A stretch of 64,000 nt of DNA from an uncultured delta proteobacterium (GTDB lineage: Bacteria; Desulfobacterota; RBG-13-43-22). The notes below the pieces were generated by a model that saw only the letters and a program-made list of their open reading frames with translations, was not told the DNA's origin and did no database searches. The stretch spans positions 608,001 to 672,000 of the forward strand of contig CAWBOS010000006.1 in the NCBI GenBank assembly GCA_963790475.1. The letters are read 5' to 3'. This document shows, piece by piece, positions 18,789-29,085 of the stretch. The position numbers were made by a program, and so were the translations under genes. Every line of letters begins with the position of its first letter. Position 1 is the stretch's first letter.

Positions 18789-19625
18789 ATGTCGTCTGAA
18801 AATATAAAAATTGTTGGGATACGGTTTCAAAATTCCGGCTCGATCTATGATTTTGACTGCGGCCACTTTGTATTGAATTACGGAGACCTGGTCATTGTTA
18901 AGACCGAACAGGGTACGGGTTTGGGAAAGGTCGTCCGAGGCCCCCGAAAGGTTGACCGGGTCCCCGAAGGGAAAGAAATTAAAAAAATATTCCGCATGGC
19001 CAACGAAGCCGATTTGGAACTGCACCGAAAGTTCCAGGAAAAGGAGAAGGAAGCCTTTGCCTATTGTTCGGATCGAATTCGGGAAAGAAATCTGGTCATG
19101 AAATTGGTGAAAGTTGAATGTTTTTTTGACGGAAGTAAGATCGTCTTTTTTTTCACGGCGGAAGGGCGGATCGACTTTCGGGAGCTGGTTAAAGACCTGG
19201 TCCATCGCTTTCATACCCGAATTGAAATGCGCCAGATCGGGGTCAGAAATGAAGCTAAAATGCTGGGAGGCCTGGGACACTGCGGCCGGGAGGTTTGTTG
19301 TTCCAACTTTCTTCCTGATTTTGCCACGGTTTCCGTCAAGATGGCCAAGGAACAAAATCTGCCTTTAAACCCAGTAAAAATTTCAGGTCTCTGCGGCCGG
19401 TTGATGTGCTGTCTGACCTATGAGTTTGACACTTACCAGGAATTAAAAAAAGACTTTCCCAGGTGCGGAAAGACTATTACGAGTCCCCTGGGTCCGGTTA
19501 AGGTCTTAAGGCAAAATATTCTGGAAGGGACTGTAGTGGTTGAAACCCAGGACCGGGAAGAGAAATGCCTCAAGGTGAGTGAATTATCCTTAGAGCCGGG
19601 GGAGCTAAAAAAAGAAAAGGAATAG
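18789..19625 (+). CDS. PSP1-domain protein (YaaT/RicT family)
   Basis: RIDFRELVKDL, RIEMRQIG.R.EAK, CGREVCC, KISGLCGRLMCCL.YE. Confidence 0.95.
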   Translation: MSSENIKIVGIRFQNSGSIYDFDCGHFVLNYGDLVIVKTEQGTGLGKVVRGPRKVDRVPEGKEIKKIFRMANEADLELHRKFQEKEKEAFAYCSDRIRERNLVMKLVKVECFFDGSKIVFFFTAEGRIDFRELVKDLVHRFHTRIEMRQIGVRNEAKMLGGLGHCGREVCCSNFLPDFATVSVKMAKEQNLPLNPVKISGLCGRLMCCLTYEFDTYQELKKDFPRCGKTITSPLGPVKVLRQNILEGTVVVETQDREEKCLKVSELSLEPGELKKEKE

Positions 19626-19632
19626 AGCCATT

Positions 19633-21546
19633 TTGGAAAAAACGTTTTATGTGACCACCCCAATTTATTACGTCAACGCCGAACCGCACATCGGGCATGC
19701 CTACAGCACCATTGTGGCCGACACCTTGAAACGGGTTTATCAATGTCTGGGATATTCCACCCGTTTTCAGACCGGAACCGATGAACATGGAGAGAAGGTG
19801 GTCCAGGCCGCTCAAAAAGAGGGGCTGCAGCCGAAACCGTATGCCGATCGAATCAGCGGGCTTTTTCGCCAAACCTGGCCTGAATTAGATATTCATCCCG
19901 ACCGATTTATCAGGACCACCGACGCCGATCATATCCGGGTGGTGACCCATCTTTTAAACAAGGTTTATGAAAGCGGGGATATTTATTTCAGCGAATATGA
20001 GGGCCTATACTGTGTGGGTTGTGAACGTTTTTATACCGACCGGGAGCTGGTGGAGGACTTATGTCCGGACCATCAAACCAGGCCCACCCTGGTCAAGGAG
20101 GCCAATTATTTTTTTCGAATGAGCGCCTATCAGGACTGGCTGATCGATCATATCAAAAAGAATCCTGATTTTATCCGACCGGAACGGTATCGGAATGAGG
20201 CCCTTTCATTTTTGAACGAGCCCCTCGAAGACCTGTGCATTTCCCGACCCAAATCGCGGCTGACCTGGGGGATCCCCCTGCCTTTTGATGCCGATTATGT
20301 AACCTATGTCTGGTTTGATGCCCTGATCAATTACCTCTCCGGTCTTGATTATCCGGATGGGAGCCTGTTTCCCCGATTCTGGCCGTCCGTTCAGCATATC
20401 ATTGCCAAGGACATATTGAAACCCCACGGAATTTATTGGCCCACCATTCTCAAGGCCGCCGGGGTTGAACCCTATCAGCACTTGAATGTTCACGGTTATT
20501 GGAACATTGACCAAGCCAAGATCTCCAAGTCCCTGGGTAATGTTATCCGACCCAAAGATTTAACCGACCGCTTCGGAACCGACGCGGTTCGATATTTTTT
20601 CATGAGGGAAATGGTTTTCGGTTTGGATGCCCATTTCAGTGAAGAGGCCATGATCCAGCGGATCAATGCCGATCTGGCCAACAACCTCGGGAATTGTTTC
20701 AGCCGCAGCCTGACCATGATTGAAAAATATTGCGGCGGGACGGTCCCCGAAGCAGAAGAAGCTGGGCCGGCCGAAGAAGAGCTGAAGAATCTCACCCAAC
20801 AAGTGGGGGAAATAGTCGAACTGGAAACTCAAAGACTTGCTTTCCATAAGGCTTTGATGGCCCTTTGGGAATTAAGTGATGAAATCAATAAATATATCGA
20901 CACCCAGGCCCCTTGGGTATTGGCCAAAGACCCGGGGAAAAAGCCGAGGCTGATGACTGTCTTGTATACCCTGGCCGAAACTCTGCGGCAGATTGCCCTG
21001 CTCCTTTTCCCCTTTATGCCTCGAACCTCAATCCAGATGAGACAGCAATTAGGTTTGGGGATAAAGGAAGATGCCCCTATCTGGGCCGAGGCAATGATCT
21101 GGGGAGGGTTTCCTGCCGGAACTCCGATTCAAAAAGGCCAGGCCCTTTTCCCTCGTATAGAAAAGGAGAAACACAAACCGGAATCAACTTCCCCAAGCCA
21201 AAAAACAGCGGGGGTTTTAAACCCGGTGACTCTATCTTTTGAAGAATTCCAAAAATGGGATTTACGGGTGGCCAGAATTCTCACTGCCGAAAGGGTGCCC
21301 AAATCGAAGAAGCTTATAAAACTGGAAGTGGATCTTGGTGAAAAAAGGACTTTAGTTGCCGGTATCGGGCAGGATTACAATCCGGAAGATTTGCCGGGCA
21401 AGCAAATCGTCGTAGTGGCCAACCTGGAACCAACCAGGCTCATGGGAGTGGAATCCCGAGCCATGCTCCTGGCGGCCCGGGATGAAAAGGGGTTAAAGCT
21501 GATCGTGCCCGAAGGGAAAATACTCCCAGGGACCAGAGTTAAATAA
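19633..21546 (+). CDS. metG: Methionine--tRNA ligase with C-terminal tRNA-binding domain
   Basis: TTPIYYVN..HIGH, YVWFDAL, KISKS, C-terminal OB fold. Confidence 0.97.
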   Translation: MEKTFYVTTPIYYVNAEPHIGHAYSTIVADTLKRVYQCLGYSTRFQTGTDEHGEKVVQAAQKEGLQPKPYADRISGLFRQTWPELDIHPDRFIRTTDADHIRVVTHLLNKVYESGDIYFSEYEGLYCVGCERFYTDRELVEDLCPDHQTRPTLVKEANYFFRMSAYQDWLIDHIKKNPDFIRPERYRNEALSFLNEPLEDLCISRPKSRLTWGIPLPFDADYVTYVWFDALINYLSGLDYPDGSLFPRFWPSVQHIIAKDILKPHGIYWPTILKAAGVEPYQHLNVHGYWNIDQAKISKSLGNVIRPKDLTDRFGTDAVRYFFMREMVFGLDAHFSEEAMIQRINADLANNLGNCFSRSLTMIEKYCGGTVPEAEEAGPAEEELKNLTQQVGEIVELETQRLAFHKALMALWELSDEINKYIDTQAPWVLAKDPGKKPRLMTVLYTLAETLRQIALLLFPFMPRTSIQMRQQLGLGIKEDAPIWAEAMIWGGFPAGTPIQKGQALFPRIEKEKHKPESTSPSQKTAGVLNPVTLSFEEFQKWDLRVARILTAERVPKSKKLIKLEVDLGEKRTLVAGIGQDYNPEDLPGKQIVVVANLEPTRLMGVESRAMLLAARDEKGLKLIVPEGKILPGTRVK

Positions 21547-21682
21547 GAGACCTTTGAAAAATGCCCACTTTGCCCAATCTCTGTGTCAGGCTCAAATTTC
21601 AATCCTCGAAATATTAAATATATTCCTGCGCTAGAAATTTTCGCCTTCCTTGACCTTGACCAAAATTAAACATTTTTTCAAG
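21547..21682. mobile_element. Small MITE-like palindromic element
   Basis: TTGAAAAATG ... CATTTTTTCAA ends with nested imperfect inverted repeats (AAATTTC/GAAATTT); directly after the metG stop. Confidence 0.55.
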
Positions 21683-21722
21683 AAAAAATAGCGAAGATCG
21701 GCATTAAAAACTATGTTGGGGT

Positions 21723-22060
21723 TCAAGGGGAGTCCAGTCCGGCTCCCGGATGAAATCCCGGCGTATAGGCGGTGCTGCTTCCCGCGCTGTCTTCAATCTT
21801 GGAGTAATACCAAGCCACACCGCCAAGAACATATGGAGAAAAACTTGCCCCGGGCATCAAATAGAAAAGGGCTGAGACCTGCAGTGGATAACTGGTGATC
21901 TTTCGGTTGTTCGGATAAGATTCACTTGGTCGATAGTCCAAGGTCCCTTCCAGGGACATTGCCGGGAAGAGCTTCCATCGAACCTGCGCCCCTCCATACA
22001 GGATCATACTATCGGCATCGTTAGATTTGTAGAGGCCTCCCCGCACCCCCCGTCCGAATT
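21723..22060 (-). pseudogene. Outer-membrane beta-barrel protein remnant
   Basis: Alternating strands YGGAQVRW, SPYVLGGVAWY, GFHPGAGLD; no signal peptide, truncated C-terminus. Confidence 0.7.
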
Positions 22061-22212
22061 TCCCGCTGTCGGCCTATCCTGTTCGCCAAATAAACGAAGG
22101 ATTCTTGTGATCGATTTTCAATGATGACGGAAAAATTAGTTTTCGAGAGGCAGGGAATAGGCGCCATCGTCCGAATTGATTATTTGTTTGAGCGATGATA
22201 AGGTAAGTCATT

Positions 22213-23436
22213 ATGGATTTGAACGAATGGGAAGAGAAAATATCCCTATGTGTTAAATGCGGTAGTTGTCTGTCTGTTTGTCCTGTTTATCTGGAAACGG
22301 GAAAGGAAACCTTAGTGGCTCGCGGTAAATTGGCCCTCCTTTCCGGATATTTCTCTGACTCCTTGCCGGCCGATAAAAGGATATTTGAATTGTTAAGCAA
22401 CTGTCTGCTCTGCGGGGCCTGCTCTGAAAATTGCCCCAGTGGAGTGATGGCTCATGACCTGATTCAACAAGGCCGGAGTTTATTGATCGAAAAGGTAGGC
22501 GCGGCCAAATGGAAAAGAATACTGGCCAGGGAAATTTTACCCTTTCCGGATCGTCTCAAAATCCTTCGGAAAGGACAGAATCTGTTGTTCAAAAAAGTCC
22601 CGGAGGAAAGAGGGTTAAAACTGCGATTTTCTTCCCACCCGAAGACCTGGCCGGTGCTGGCCCATCCATTTCTCCTGGATCGAAGGCCCCTCCCGATCCA
22701 TCCAGGTCCGGTCTCATCGTTTAATATTGGCTATTTTGTAGGTTGTACAACCAACTACCTTTACCCGGAAATTGGAGAGGCTGCTTTGAAACTCATCAGC
22801 CCCATGGGTAAGGCGAACCTTCCGGCGGGCCAAACCTGTTGCGGACTTCCTGCTTTCAGTCTGGGGGATATCAAAACGGCCAGGGACCTGGCCCGAAAAA
22901 ATGTCCTGGCCTTCAGCGAGGGTCACCTGGATGTTGTTGTAGCGGCCTGTTCTTCCTGTGCCGCTCATATCAAGCTGGTTTATCCTCAGTTGCTGGCCGA
23001 TGATGCGGTCCTGATGCCTAAAGTCCAAGACTTTGTTCAAAAAGTAGAGGAGTTAAGTCAATTTCTTGTTAAGCAAGATGTCAGCCTCATTCCTCCCTCT
23101 GCGACGGAGCCGCAAACCGTTGCCTTCCATGACCCCTGTCACGCCAAAAGGAAGCTTAAAATAACCAATGAGCCCCGAAAGCTTTTAAGTTCCATTCCCG
23201 GGTTGTCTCTGGTGGAACTGGAAGGCAACCGTTGCTGCGGCCACGGGGGGTTATTCAATCTCAGTCATCCGGACCTTTCCCAAAAGATCCTGGAGCATCC
23301 CTTAACCGATCTGGACCGGTCCAGGGCGGAGGTGATCACCACTTCCTGCATGGCCTGTTTAATGCAGTTTAAATTAGGGGTTCAGCGGACCGGGAGGAGG
23401 GTCAGGGTCAAGCACTGGGTGGAGTTGATGGTTTAA
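22213..23436 (+). CDS. (Fe-S)-binding protein, GlcF-like (2x4Fe-4S plus 2 CCG domains)
   Basis: CVKCGSCLSVCP, CLLCGACSENCP, TCCG, HDPCH, RCCG. Confidence 0.92.
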   Translation: MDLNEWEEKISLCVKCGSCLSVCPVYLETGKETLVARGKLALLSGYFSDSLPADKRIFELLSNCLLCGACSENCPSGVMAHDLIQQGRSLLIEKVGAAKWKRILAREILPFPDRLKILRKGQNLLFKKVPEERGLKLRFSSHPKTWPVLAHPFLLDRRPLPIHPGPVSSFNIGYFVGCTTNYLYPEIGEAALKLISPMGKANLPAGQTCCGLPAFSLGDIKTARDLARKNVLAFSEGHLDVVVAACSSCAAHIKLVYPQLLADDAVLMPKVQDFVQKVEELSQFLVKQDVSLIPPSATEPQTVAFHDPCHAKRKLKITNEPRKLLSSIPGLSLVELEGNRCCGHGGLFNLSHPDLSQKILEHPLTDLDRSRAEVITTSCMACLMQFKLGVQRTGRRVRVKHWVELMV

Positions 23437-23602
23437 TCTAAAAGTTTTTGGTTACGAGTTGCCTGTTGCGGGTTATGGTTTTCTGGAAAAAATATTTTGC
23501 TTTTTAATCTAATTACCCACAACCGTCCCGGTGTTTATGTTTGGGATAAATTTTCGGATTATCGAGCATAAAAAAAATCTAAAAAGTTAGAGGTGATGCT
23601 TC

Positions 23603-24721
23603 ATGTCTGCTAAGCAAGTTTCACGTGTAATTATTGAAGAAGTTGGTACTAATCTCAGAGATGCGGTCGAAAAGATTATGATGACCCTTGCGCCTCGAAC
23701 CTTCGCCGGGGCTAAGGTCCTTATTAAACCCAATATGGTGGGGCCATCGGTTCCGGAGCTGGGCCATACGACCCATCCGGAACTGGTACGGGAGGTGGTC
23801 CGTTCCTGCCTTGATCGGAATGGAAAGGTATCGGTCGGCGACAACCCCGGAGGCATTAACCGCAGCTCCCGCAATGTGGCCAGGATTACCGGCATCCTGG
23901 AGGCCTCGGAAGGATGTTTTTCCCCCCTGTCGAACGGGGTAGTGGAAAAGACCGGTAAAGAGACTGGATTTCAATTGATCATTTCCAGGGCCATCCTTGA
24001 GGCCGACTATATAATCAGTTTGCCTGTTTTTAAAACCCATTCGGGGATGATGATCTCCGGGGCTTTAAAAAACGTATATGGCTATGTGGCCGGGGCCTGT
24101 AAGGCCCGACTGCATGTGCAGGCCCGGGATGCGGTAACCTTTGCCAAAACCCTGTGTGATGTTTTTCAGGTGCGGCCACCGGATCTGCATATCCTGGATG
24201 CCATCACGGCTATTGAAGGCAACGGTCCCTGTCACGGCGGACAGCTGCGGGAAGTGGGAAAACTCCTGGCCTCTACGGATGCGCTGGCCCTGGATGCCGT
24301 CATGGCCCGTATGATGGGGGTGGACCCGGCCCTGTTGCCCGTGCAGAAAGAAGCGTTGGCCCGTGGATTGGGTGTCTTGCAGGAGGATAAAATAGAAATT
24401 GTCGGGGAGATGGTACCCATCCCCGATTTCAAGATGCCGGTGACCTTTTATGCCTCCCGCTTGGATGAGAAGGCGCGGGCTGAATTTAGAAGGCTGTATC
24501 CGTCCCGAATGATGGAGACCCGAATCGAAATAAAGCCGGAAAGAAATGAGGAAAAATGCGTTTTATGCGGTGATTGTGCCCTCAACTGTCCGGCAGAGGC
24601 CATGACCCTGGAACCGGAATTTCAGATCAGCGATGCCTGTATCGCCTGTTATTGTTGTGTCGAGCTGTGTCCTGAGGGGGCCATGGAGGTTCCGGATGTC
24701 GAGGTCTTTCGACATTATTAA
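23603..24721 (+). CDS. DUF362 protein with C-terminal 2x4Fe-4S
   Basis: VLIKPN, TTHP, KTH, EGNGP, CVLCGDCALNCP, CIACYCCVELCP. Confidence 0.92.
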   Translation: MSAKQVSRVIIEEVGTNLRDAVEKIMMTLAPRTFAGAKVLIKPNMVGPSVPELGHTTHPELVREVVRSCLDRNGKVSVGDNPGGINRSSRNVARITGILEASEGCFSPLSNGVVEKTGKETGFQLIISRAILEADYIISLPVFKTHSGMMISGALKNVYGYVAGACKARLHVQARDAVTFAKTLCDVFQVRPPDLHILDAITAIEGNGPCHGGQLREVGKLLASTDALALDAVMARMMGVDPALLPVQKEALARGLGVLQEDKIEIVGEMVPIPDFKMPVTFYASRLDEKARAEFRRLYPSRMMETRIEIKPERNEEKCVLCGDCALNCPAEAMTLEPEFQISDACIACYCCVELCPEGAMEVPDVEVFRHY

Positions 24722-24780
24722 CCGATAACTAAAGGCAGAACAGAAGATTAGAGAGGCTATGGAGAAGTTCGGATCAAACC

Positions 24781-24888
24781 GGTGACGTGCTCAAGGATGA
24801 AGAAGGGACGCAGACCATGTCTCATCTCGGGAAAAACATGGTCTGGTTACTGAAGAAACATGGACGAGGTCTTCTAATACCTGAGTAA
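24781..24888 (+). pseudogene. C-terminal remnant of a flavodoxin-like FMN reductase
   Basis: GDVLKDEEGTQTMSHLGKNMVWLLKK, the typical tail of that family. Confidence 0.7.
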
Positions 24889-25064
24889 GGATAGGGTGGG
24901 ACTTGAAATATAAAGAAATGCCCAACAATGTTCCCCTTCAATATTCTGTGCCCAACTCTTTCTACAAAGGTTGAACAATGATGGAACAGAAAACGGATGA
25001 ATACCGTTTGCTATATTGTTTGATTCAAATTGGATATTAGAAGACTTCAGGAAGCTACTTGCGT

Positions 25065-25499
25065 TCAACCGACCAAAGGGTTTCGGACCGTTAGTTCGGG
25101 AAAGCGGCTGAAATCCCTGTCGGCTGACCACAACTCACTTACCCCGTGGTGCTGACACAAGGCCGCTATTCGGGCATCGTGGATGAGAGGTCCGGAAACC
25201 TTTCCGGTCAGAATGGTGGACCGAAGCTGCGGCCAATAGTCGGCTGATTCTGAGATTAAAACCAGACTCGGGGATTCAAGCCAGGCTTCCACTTGGGCAA
25301 TGGCCTTTTCCAGAGGTGTCGGCGGATTAAAGATTCGAGGATGGGTCACGATAGAAAGGAATTCATGGAGGCATGGCCAGGGGATCGTCCAGGGGGTACG
25401 ACCTTCGGCCAGTTCAGCTATGCGGGTATAAGACGCCTCATGCCAGAGCGAATCTTCACGATGGGCGTAAACTAACAGGTTGGTGTCAATGGCGATCAA
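25065..25499 (-). CDS. vapC: VapC/PIN toxin
   Basis: IDTNLLVYAH, EFLSIVTHPRIF, HDARIAA, SADRDF. Confidence 0.92.
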   Translation of the reverse strand: MIAIDTNLLVYAHREDSLWHEASYTRIAELAEGRTPWTIPWPCLHEFLSIVTHPRIFNPPTPLEKAIAQVEAWLESPSLVLISESADYWPQLRSTILTGKVSGPLIHDARIAALCQHHGVSELWSADRDFSRFPELTVRNPLVG

Positions 25500-25753
25500 C
25501 CGCCCCGTCCTTCATAGCTTTTTTCGCGGATTTGTTCCCAGGATGCCTCCTTAAGGTCGGGGTGCAAGCCCTGGCCTTTGAAAGTGGCTTTCCGGAGACG
25601 GAAGCGGTTACGTCGTTTCCGCTCCGATATGATCCGCCGAAGCCCTTCTTGAATAAGGGCTTTCATCGTGGTCTGTTCCCGGTGGGCCAAGGCGCGCACC
25701 TCTTCAAAAAGGCTGTCTGGTATCTGTACGGTTGTTTTCATATGGTTAGCCAT
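25496..25753 (-). CDS. VapB-like ribbon-helix-helix antitoxin
   Basis: MKTTVQIPDSLF..T.K.LI.EGLR; CCATAT-N6-ATATGG palindrome at the start. Confidence 0.88.
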   Translation of the reverse strand: MANHMKTTVQIPDSLFEEVRALAHREQTTMKALIQEGLRRIISERKRRNRFRLRKATFKGQGLHPDLKEASWEQIREKSYEGRGG

Positions 25754-25828
25754 ATCATAAAATATGGTAATATATCAAGCGATAGCGGACGCCCTTCCCA
25801 TTTACATTTTTAAAAGAAGATACTCTCC

Positions 25829-27055
25829 CTACTCATACCTCAAGGCATCAATGGGATTCAGGCGGGAGGCCTTGTGGGCCGGGTAATAGCCGAAGAAAAT
25901 TCCCACAGCGGCGGCAAAGAAAAAAGAGATAAGTAGTGCCAAGACAGAGATCACCACATTCCATCCCGTGAATTTTGAAGTCAGCTCGGCTCCCAGCACA
26001 CCAAGCCCGATCCCGATCAGCCCACCTACCAGGCTTAGGACTACAGATTCAGTTAAGAATTGAAAGAGGATATCGATTCCGCGGGCGCCGACAGCCATGC
26101 GGATGCCGATTTCCCTGGTCCGTTCGGTGACCGAAACCAGCATGATATTCATAATGCCTATTCCCCCGACCAGTAAGGAAACCAAAGCAATAGAACCCAA
26201 AAGCAGAGACATGACCTTGGCCGACTGCTCAGCCGTGGCCATGATTTCGGTCAGGTTCCTAACCGTAAAATCGGGGAGTTGACCGGCCTGCGGCCTATGC
26301 CGCTGGGTTAAAAGGTCATTGACCTGTTTTTCGGCCGCGGCCATCTGGCTTAGATCGTTGGCCTGAGCCATGATCATCCGGACCCGGTTGGGAAGTTGGC
26401 TTCCAAAGACCCTTTTTTGGGCGGTGCTCAAAGGAATATAAATAACATCGTCCTGGTCTGTCCCATAGGAAGATTGCCCTTTTTCAGAAAGGACACCTAT
26501 GACGGTAAAAGGTATTTTTTTGACGCGTATAATCTGCCCCAGAGGGTCATCCGATCCGAAGAGGTTTTCGACAATAGACTGGCCGATTATGGCCACCTTT
26601 ACCGCCCCGGACGTTTCCTGATCAGAAAAATTTCGTCCCTTGGCCAAAGGCCATTCCCGGATATCAAAATAGGATGGAAGGGTTCCGGTCACAGTGGTAT
26701 TCCAGTTTTGGTTTCCGTAAACGATCTGGGTCACCCCGCCCCAGAAAGGGGCGACGGTCTTGATGGCCGGGCATTCCTCTTTGATGGCTTTGGCATCATC
26801 GGAGGTCAGGGAAGAGGCGCTGCCTCCCCCCATCCGGGCCCCACCGGCCGTGGTCGCCCCGGGAACGATCATTAAAAGATTGGAACCCATGCTGGCAATC
26901 TGCTGGGCGATCATTTCCCTGGCCCCGGCCCCGATGGCAACCATGACAATAACCGCCCCGACGCCGATAATGATCCCCAACATGGTCAGGAAGGAGCGCA
27001 TCTTATTGATCTGCAGGGCCCGCAGGGCCACTTTGAGAGAGGAGATAGGTTTCAT
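25829..27055 (-). CDS. MacB-family ABC permease
   Basis: RSFLTMLGIIIGV, GGIGIMNIMLVSVTERTREIGIR. Confidence 0.95.
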   Translation of the reverse strand: MKPISSLKVALRALQINKMRSFLTMLGIIIGVGAVIVMVAIGAGAREMIAQQIASMGSNLLMIVPGATTAGGARMGGGSASSLTSDDAKAIKEECPAIKTVAPFWGGVTQIVYGNQNWNTTVTGTLPSYFDIREWPLAKGRNFSDQETSGAVKVAIIGQSIVENLFGSDDPLGQIIRVKKIPFTVIGVLSEKGQSSYGTDQDDVIYIPLSTAQKRVFGSQLPNRVRMIMAQANDLSQMAAAEKQVNDLLTQRHRPQAGQLPDFTVRNLTEIMATAEQSAKVMSLLLGSIALVSLLVGGIGIMNIMLVSVTERTREIGIRMAVGARGIDILFQFLTESVVLSLVGGLIGIGLGVLGAELTSKFTGWNVVISVLALLISFFFAAAVGIFFGYYPAHKASRLNPIDALRYE

Positions 27056-27762
27056 GTTTGGTCTGTCTTCCTGGGTTGTTGTTGCCGATCCTGCAAAACC
27101 ACCCCGTCCTTAAATAGGATGATTCGACGGGTGAAGGTGGAAATATCCGGTTCATGGGTGACCAGGATAATAGTGATTTTCTGCTCTTCATTGAGTTGGG
27201 TCAACAGCTGCATGATCTCCAGACTGGTCCTGGTATCCAAATTCCCGGTAGGTTCATCGGCCAGGAGGATGGAGGGGTGATTGACCAGGGCCCGGGCAAT
27301 GGCCACCCTCTGCTGCTGACCCCCGGAAAGTTGATTGGGGTGATGGTCCTCTCGCCCGGAAAGCCCTACAGAGGCCAGGGCTTCCATGGCCAGGTGGTGG
27401 CGTTCCCGGGCAGGGGTGGCGCCGTAAATCAAGGGGAGTTCCACGTTTTCCAGGGCCGAGGTGCGGGCCAGAAGATTGAACCCCTGAAAGACAAAGCCGA
27501 TTTTTTGATTGCGCAAATGGGCCAATTCATCCCGGTTCATGGATCCGATTTCATTCCCGCTCAGGAAATAGGAGCCTCGGGTGGGGACATCCAGACAGCC
27601 CAGGATATTCATGAAGGTTGATTTCCCGGATCCGGAAGATCCCATAATGGAAACAAATTCCCCGACCTCAATGGAAAGGGATACCCCGTTTAAGGCTGGA
27701 ATTTCCATATCACCAACCGCATATATCTTGAACAGGTCTTTGACTTGGATCAGGGTTTCCAT
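27052..27762 (-). CDS. MacB/LolD-type ABC ATP-binding protein
   Basis: [25 protein letters not shown]. Confidence 0.95.
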   Translation of the reverse strand: METLIQVKDLFKIYAVGDMEIPALNGVSLSIEVGEFVSIMGSSGSGKSTFMNILGCLDVPTRGSYFLSGNEIGSMNRDELAHLRNQKIGFVFQGFNLLARTSALENVELPLIYGATPARERHHLAMEALASVGLSGREDHHPNQLSGGQQQRVAIARALVNHPSILLADEPTGNLDTRTSLEIMQLLTQLNEEQKITIILVTHEPDISTFTRRIILFKDGVVLQDRQQQPRKTDQT

Positions 27763-27768
27763 GGCCGG

Positions 27769-28989
27769 CTAAAAGCGCATCCCTCTCATGGGGTTAGCCG
27801 CGGGTTTGTCTTTATCATTTTTTAATGATTCGCTGATCACTGAATCCTTTTCCTTGAGTTGCCCTCTAAGGACCGTTATCTCGGTATTTTTCCCGTCGCT
27901 GCTGCCGGTCCGGACCAGAACCGGGCGAGGTTTTTTCTCAGGCTCAAGGATCCAGAGAACGCGTACATTTTTAGGAATACGACTCGGATCGATTTGAGGG
28001 GTTTTCCTTTTGGTTATTTCTGCCGCCATGGCCGGAGGCATGCGGAATTTCAATACCGAATTGGGAATCATCAGGACGTCGTCTCTTTTTTCGATAATGA
28101 TATTGACATTGGCGGTCATGCCGGGTCTTAATTTCAACTCCGGATTTCGGACCCCCAGAACGACATCATAAGTAACCACGTTTTGCACCGTCGTCGGGGC
28201 ATTGCGGATTTGAGAAACCTCAGCCTTAAAGGGATCCGTCGGAAAGGCATCAACCGTAAAGGTAGAAGACTGCCCCACTTTCACCTTGCCGATATCAGCT
28301 TCATCCACATTGGTATCGACTTGCATTTTCTCCAAGTCCTGGGCGATGGTGAAAAGAGTCGGGGCCTGGAGACTGGCGGCTACGGTCTGCCCCACATCGA
28401 CATTACGGGCGACCACCGTACCGTTGACCGGAGATAGGATGGTCGTATAATTCAGGTTGATCCGAGCCGTCGACAAATTGGCCTTGGCCGAATCGATCTG
28501 GGCCCGGGAGGCCTTTACCTGAGCTACCGAGAGGTCGTATTTAAGTTGGGCCTGATCCAAATCGTTCTGGGAAACCAGTTGGTCCTTAAAAAGTCCTTTG
28601 TAACGGTTTAGGGTGCGCAGATTGTCGGCCAAAGAGGTCTCTTGGTTTTCCAGCATGGTCTGGGCATTTTTCAGGTCAGCTGCGGTTTGATCCACTTTGG
28701 CCTGGAAGAGGGCCGGATCGATCTGAGCGATAACCTGCCCTTTTCGAACCACCGAGTTGTAGTCGGCATAGAGCTTTTTTATAGCCCCTGAGACCTGGCT
28801 GCCCACTTGAACCAAGGTGACCGGATTGACTGTTCCTGTGGCGATGACCTGGGCGACAATATTCCCCCGAGTCACGATCTCTGTTTTGAACTGAGGGGTC
28901 TTATTCTTAGCGTTATAAGTGCGGTATCCGAAAAATGCCCCTGCCCCCAAAACCAGGACAATAGCTAAGACGATCAGGATTTTTTTCAT
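27769..28989 (-). CDS. MacA-like periplasmic adaptor
   Basis: VQVGSQVSG, SPVNGTV, GQTVAASLQAPTLF. Confidence 0.95.
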   Translation of the reverse strand: MKKILIVLAIVLVLGAGAFFGYRTYNAKNKTPQFKTEIVTRGNIVAQVIATGTVNPVTLVQVGSQVSGAIKKLYADYNSVVRKGQVIAQIDPALFQAKVDQTAADLKNAQTMLENQETSLADNLRTLNRYKGLFKDQLVSQNDLDQAQLKYDLSVAQVKASRAQIDSAKANLSTARINLNYTTILSPVNGTVVARNVDVGQTVAASLQAPTLFTIAQDLEKMQVDTNVDEADIGKVKVGQSSTFTVDAFPTDPFKAEVSQIRNAPTTVQNVVTYDVVLGVRNPELKLRPGMTANVNIIIEKRDDVLMIPNSVLKFRMPPAMAAEITKRKTPQIDPSRIPKNVRVLWILEPEKKPRPVLVRTGSSDGKNTEITVLRGQLKEKDSVISESLKNDKDKPAANPMRGMRF

Positions 28990-29085
28990 AGGGCTTCCTT
29001 TTATAAGTTTACTAAGTTGGACCTTTGGTATAACAGAAAGTTAAAAGGACAGGAAGAAAAATAATAGGCTTTCCCCTAGCTGCCT

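Noticed and set aside
18675-19355. 226-aa minus-strand ORF
   Set aside because: Antisense to the well-supported PSP1 gene.
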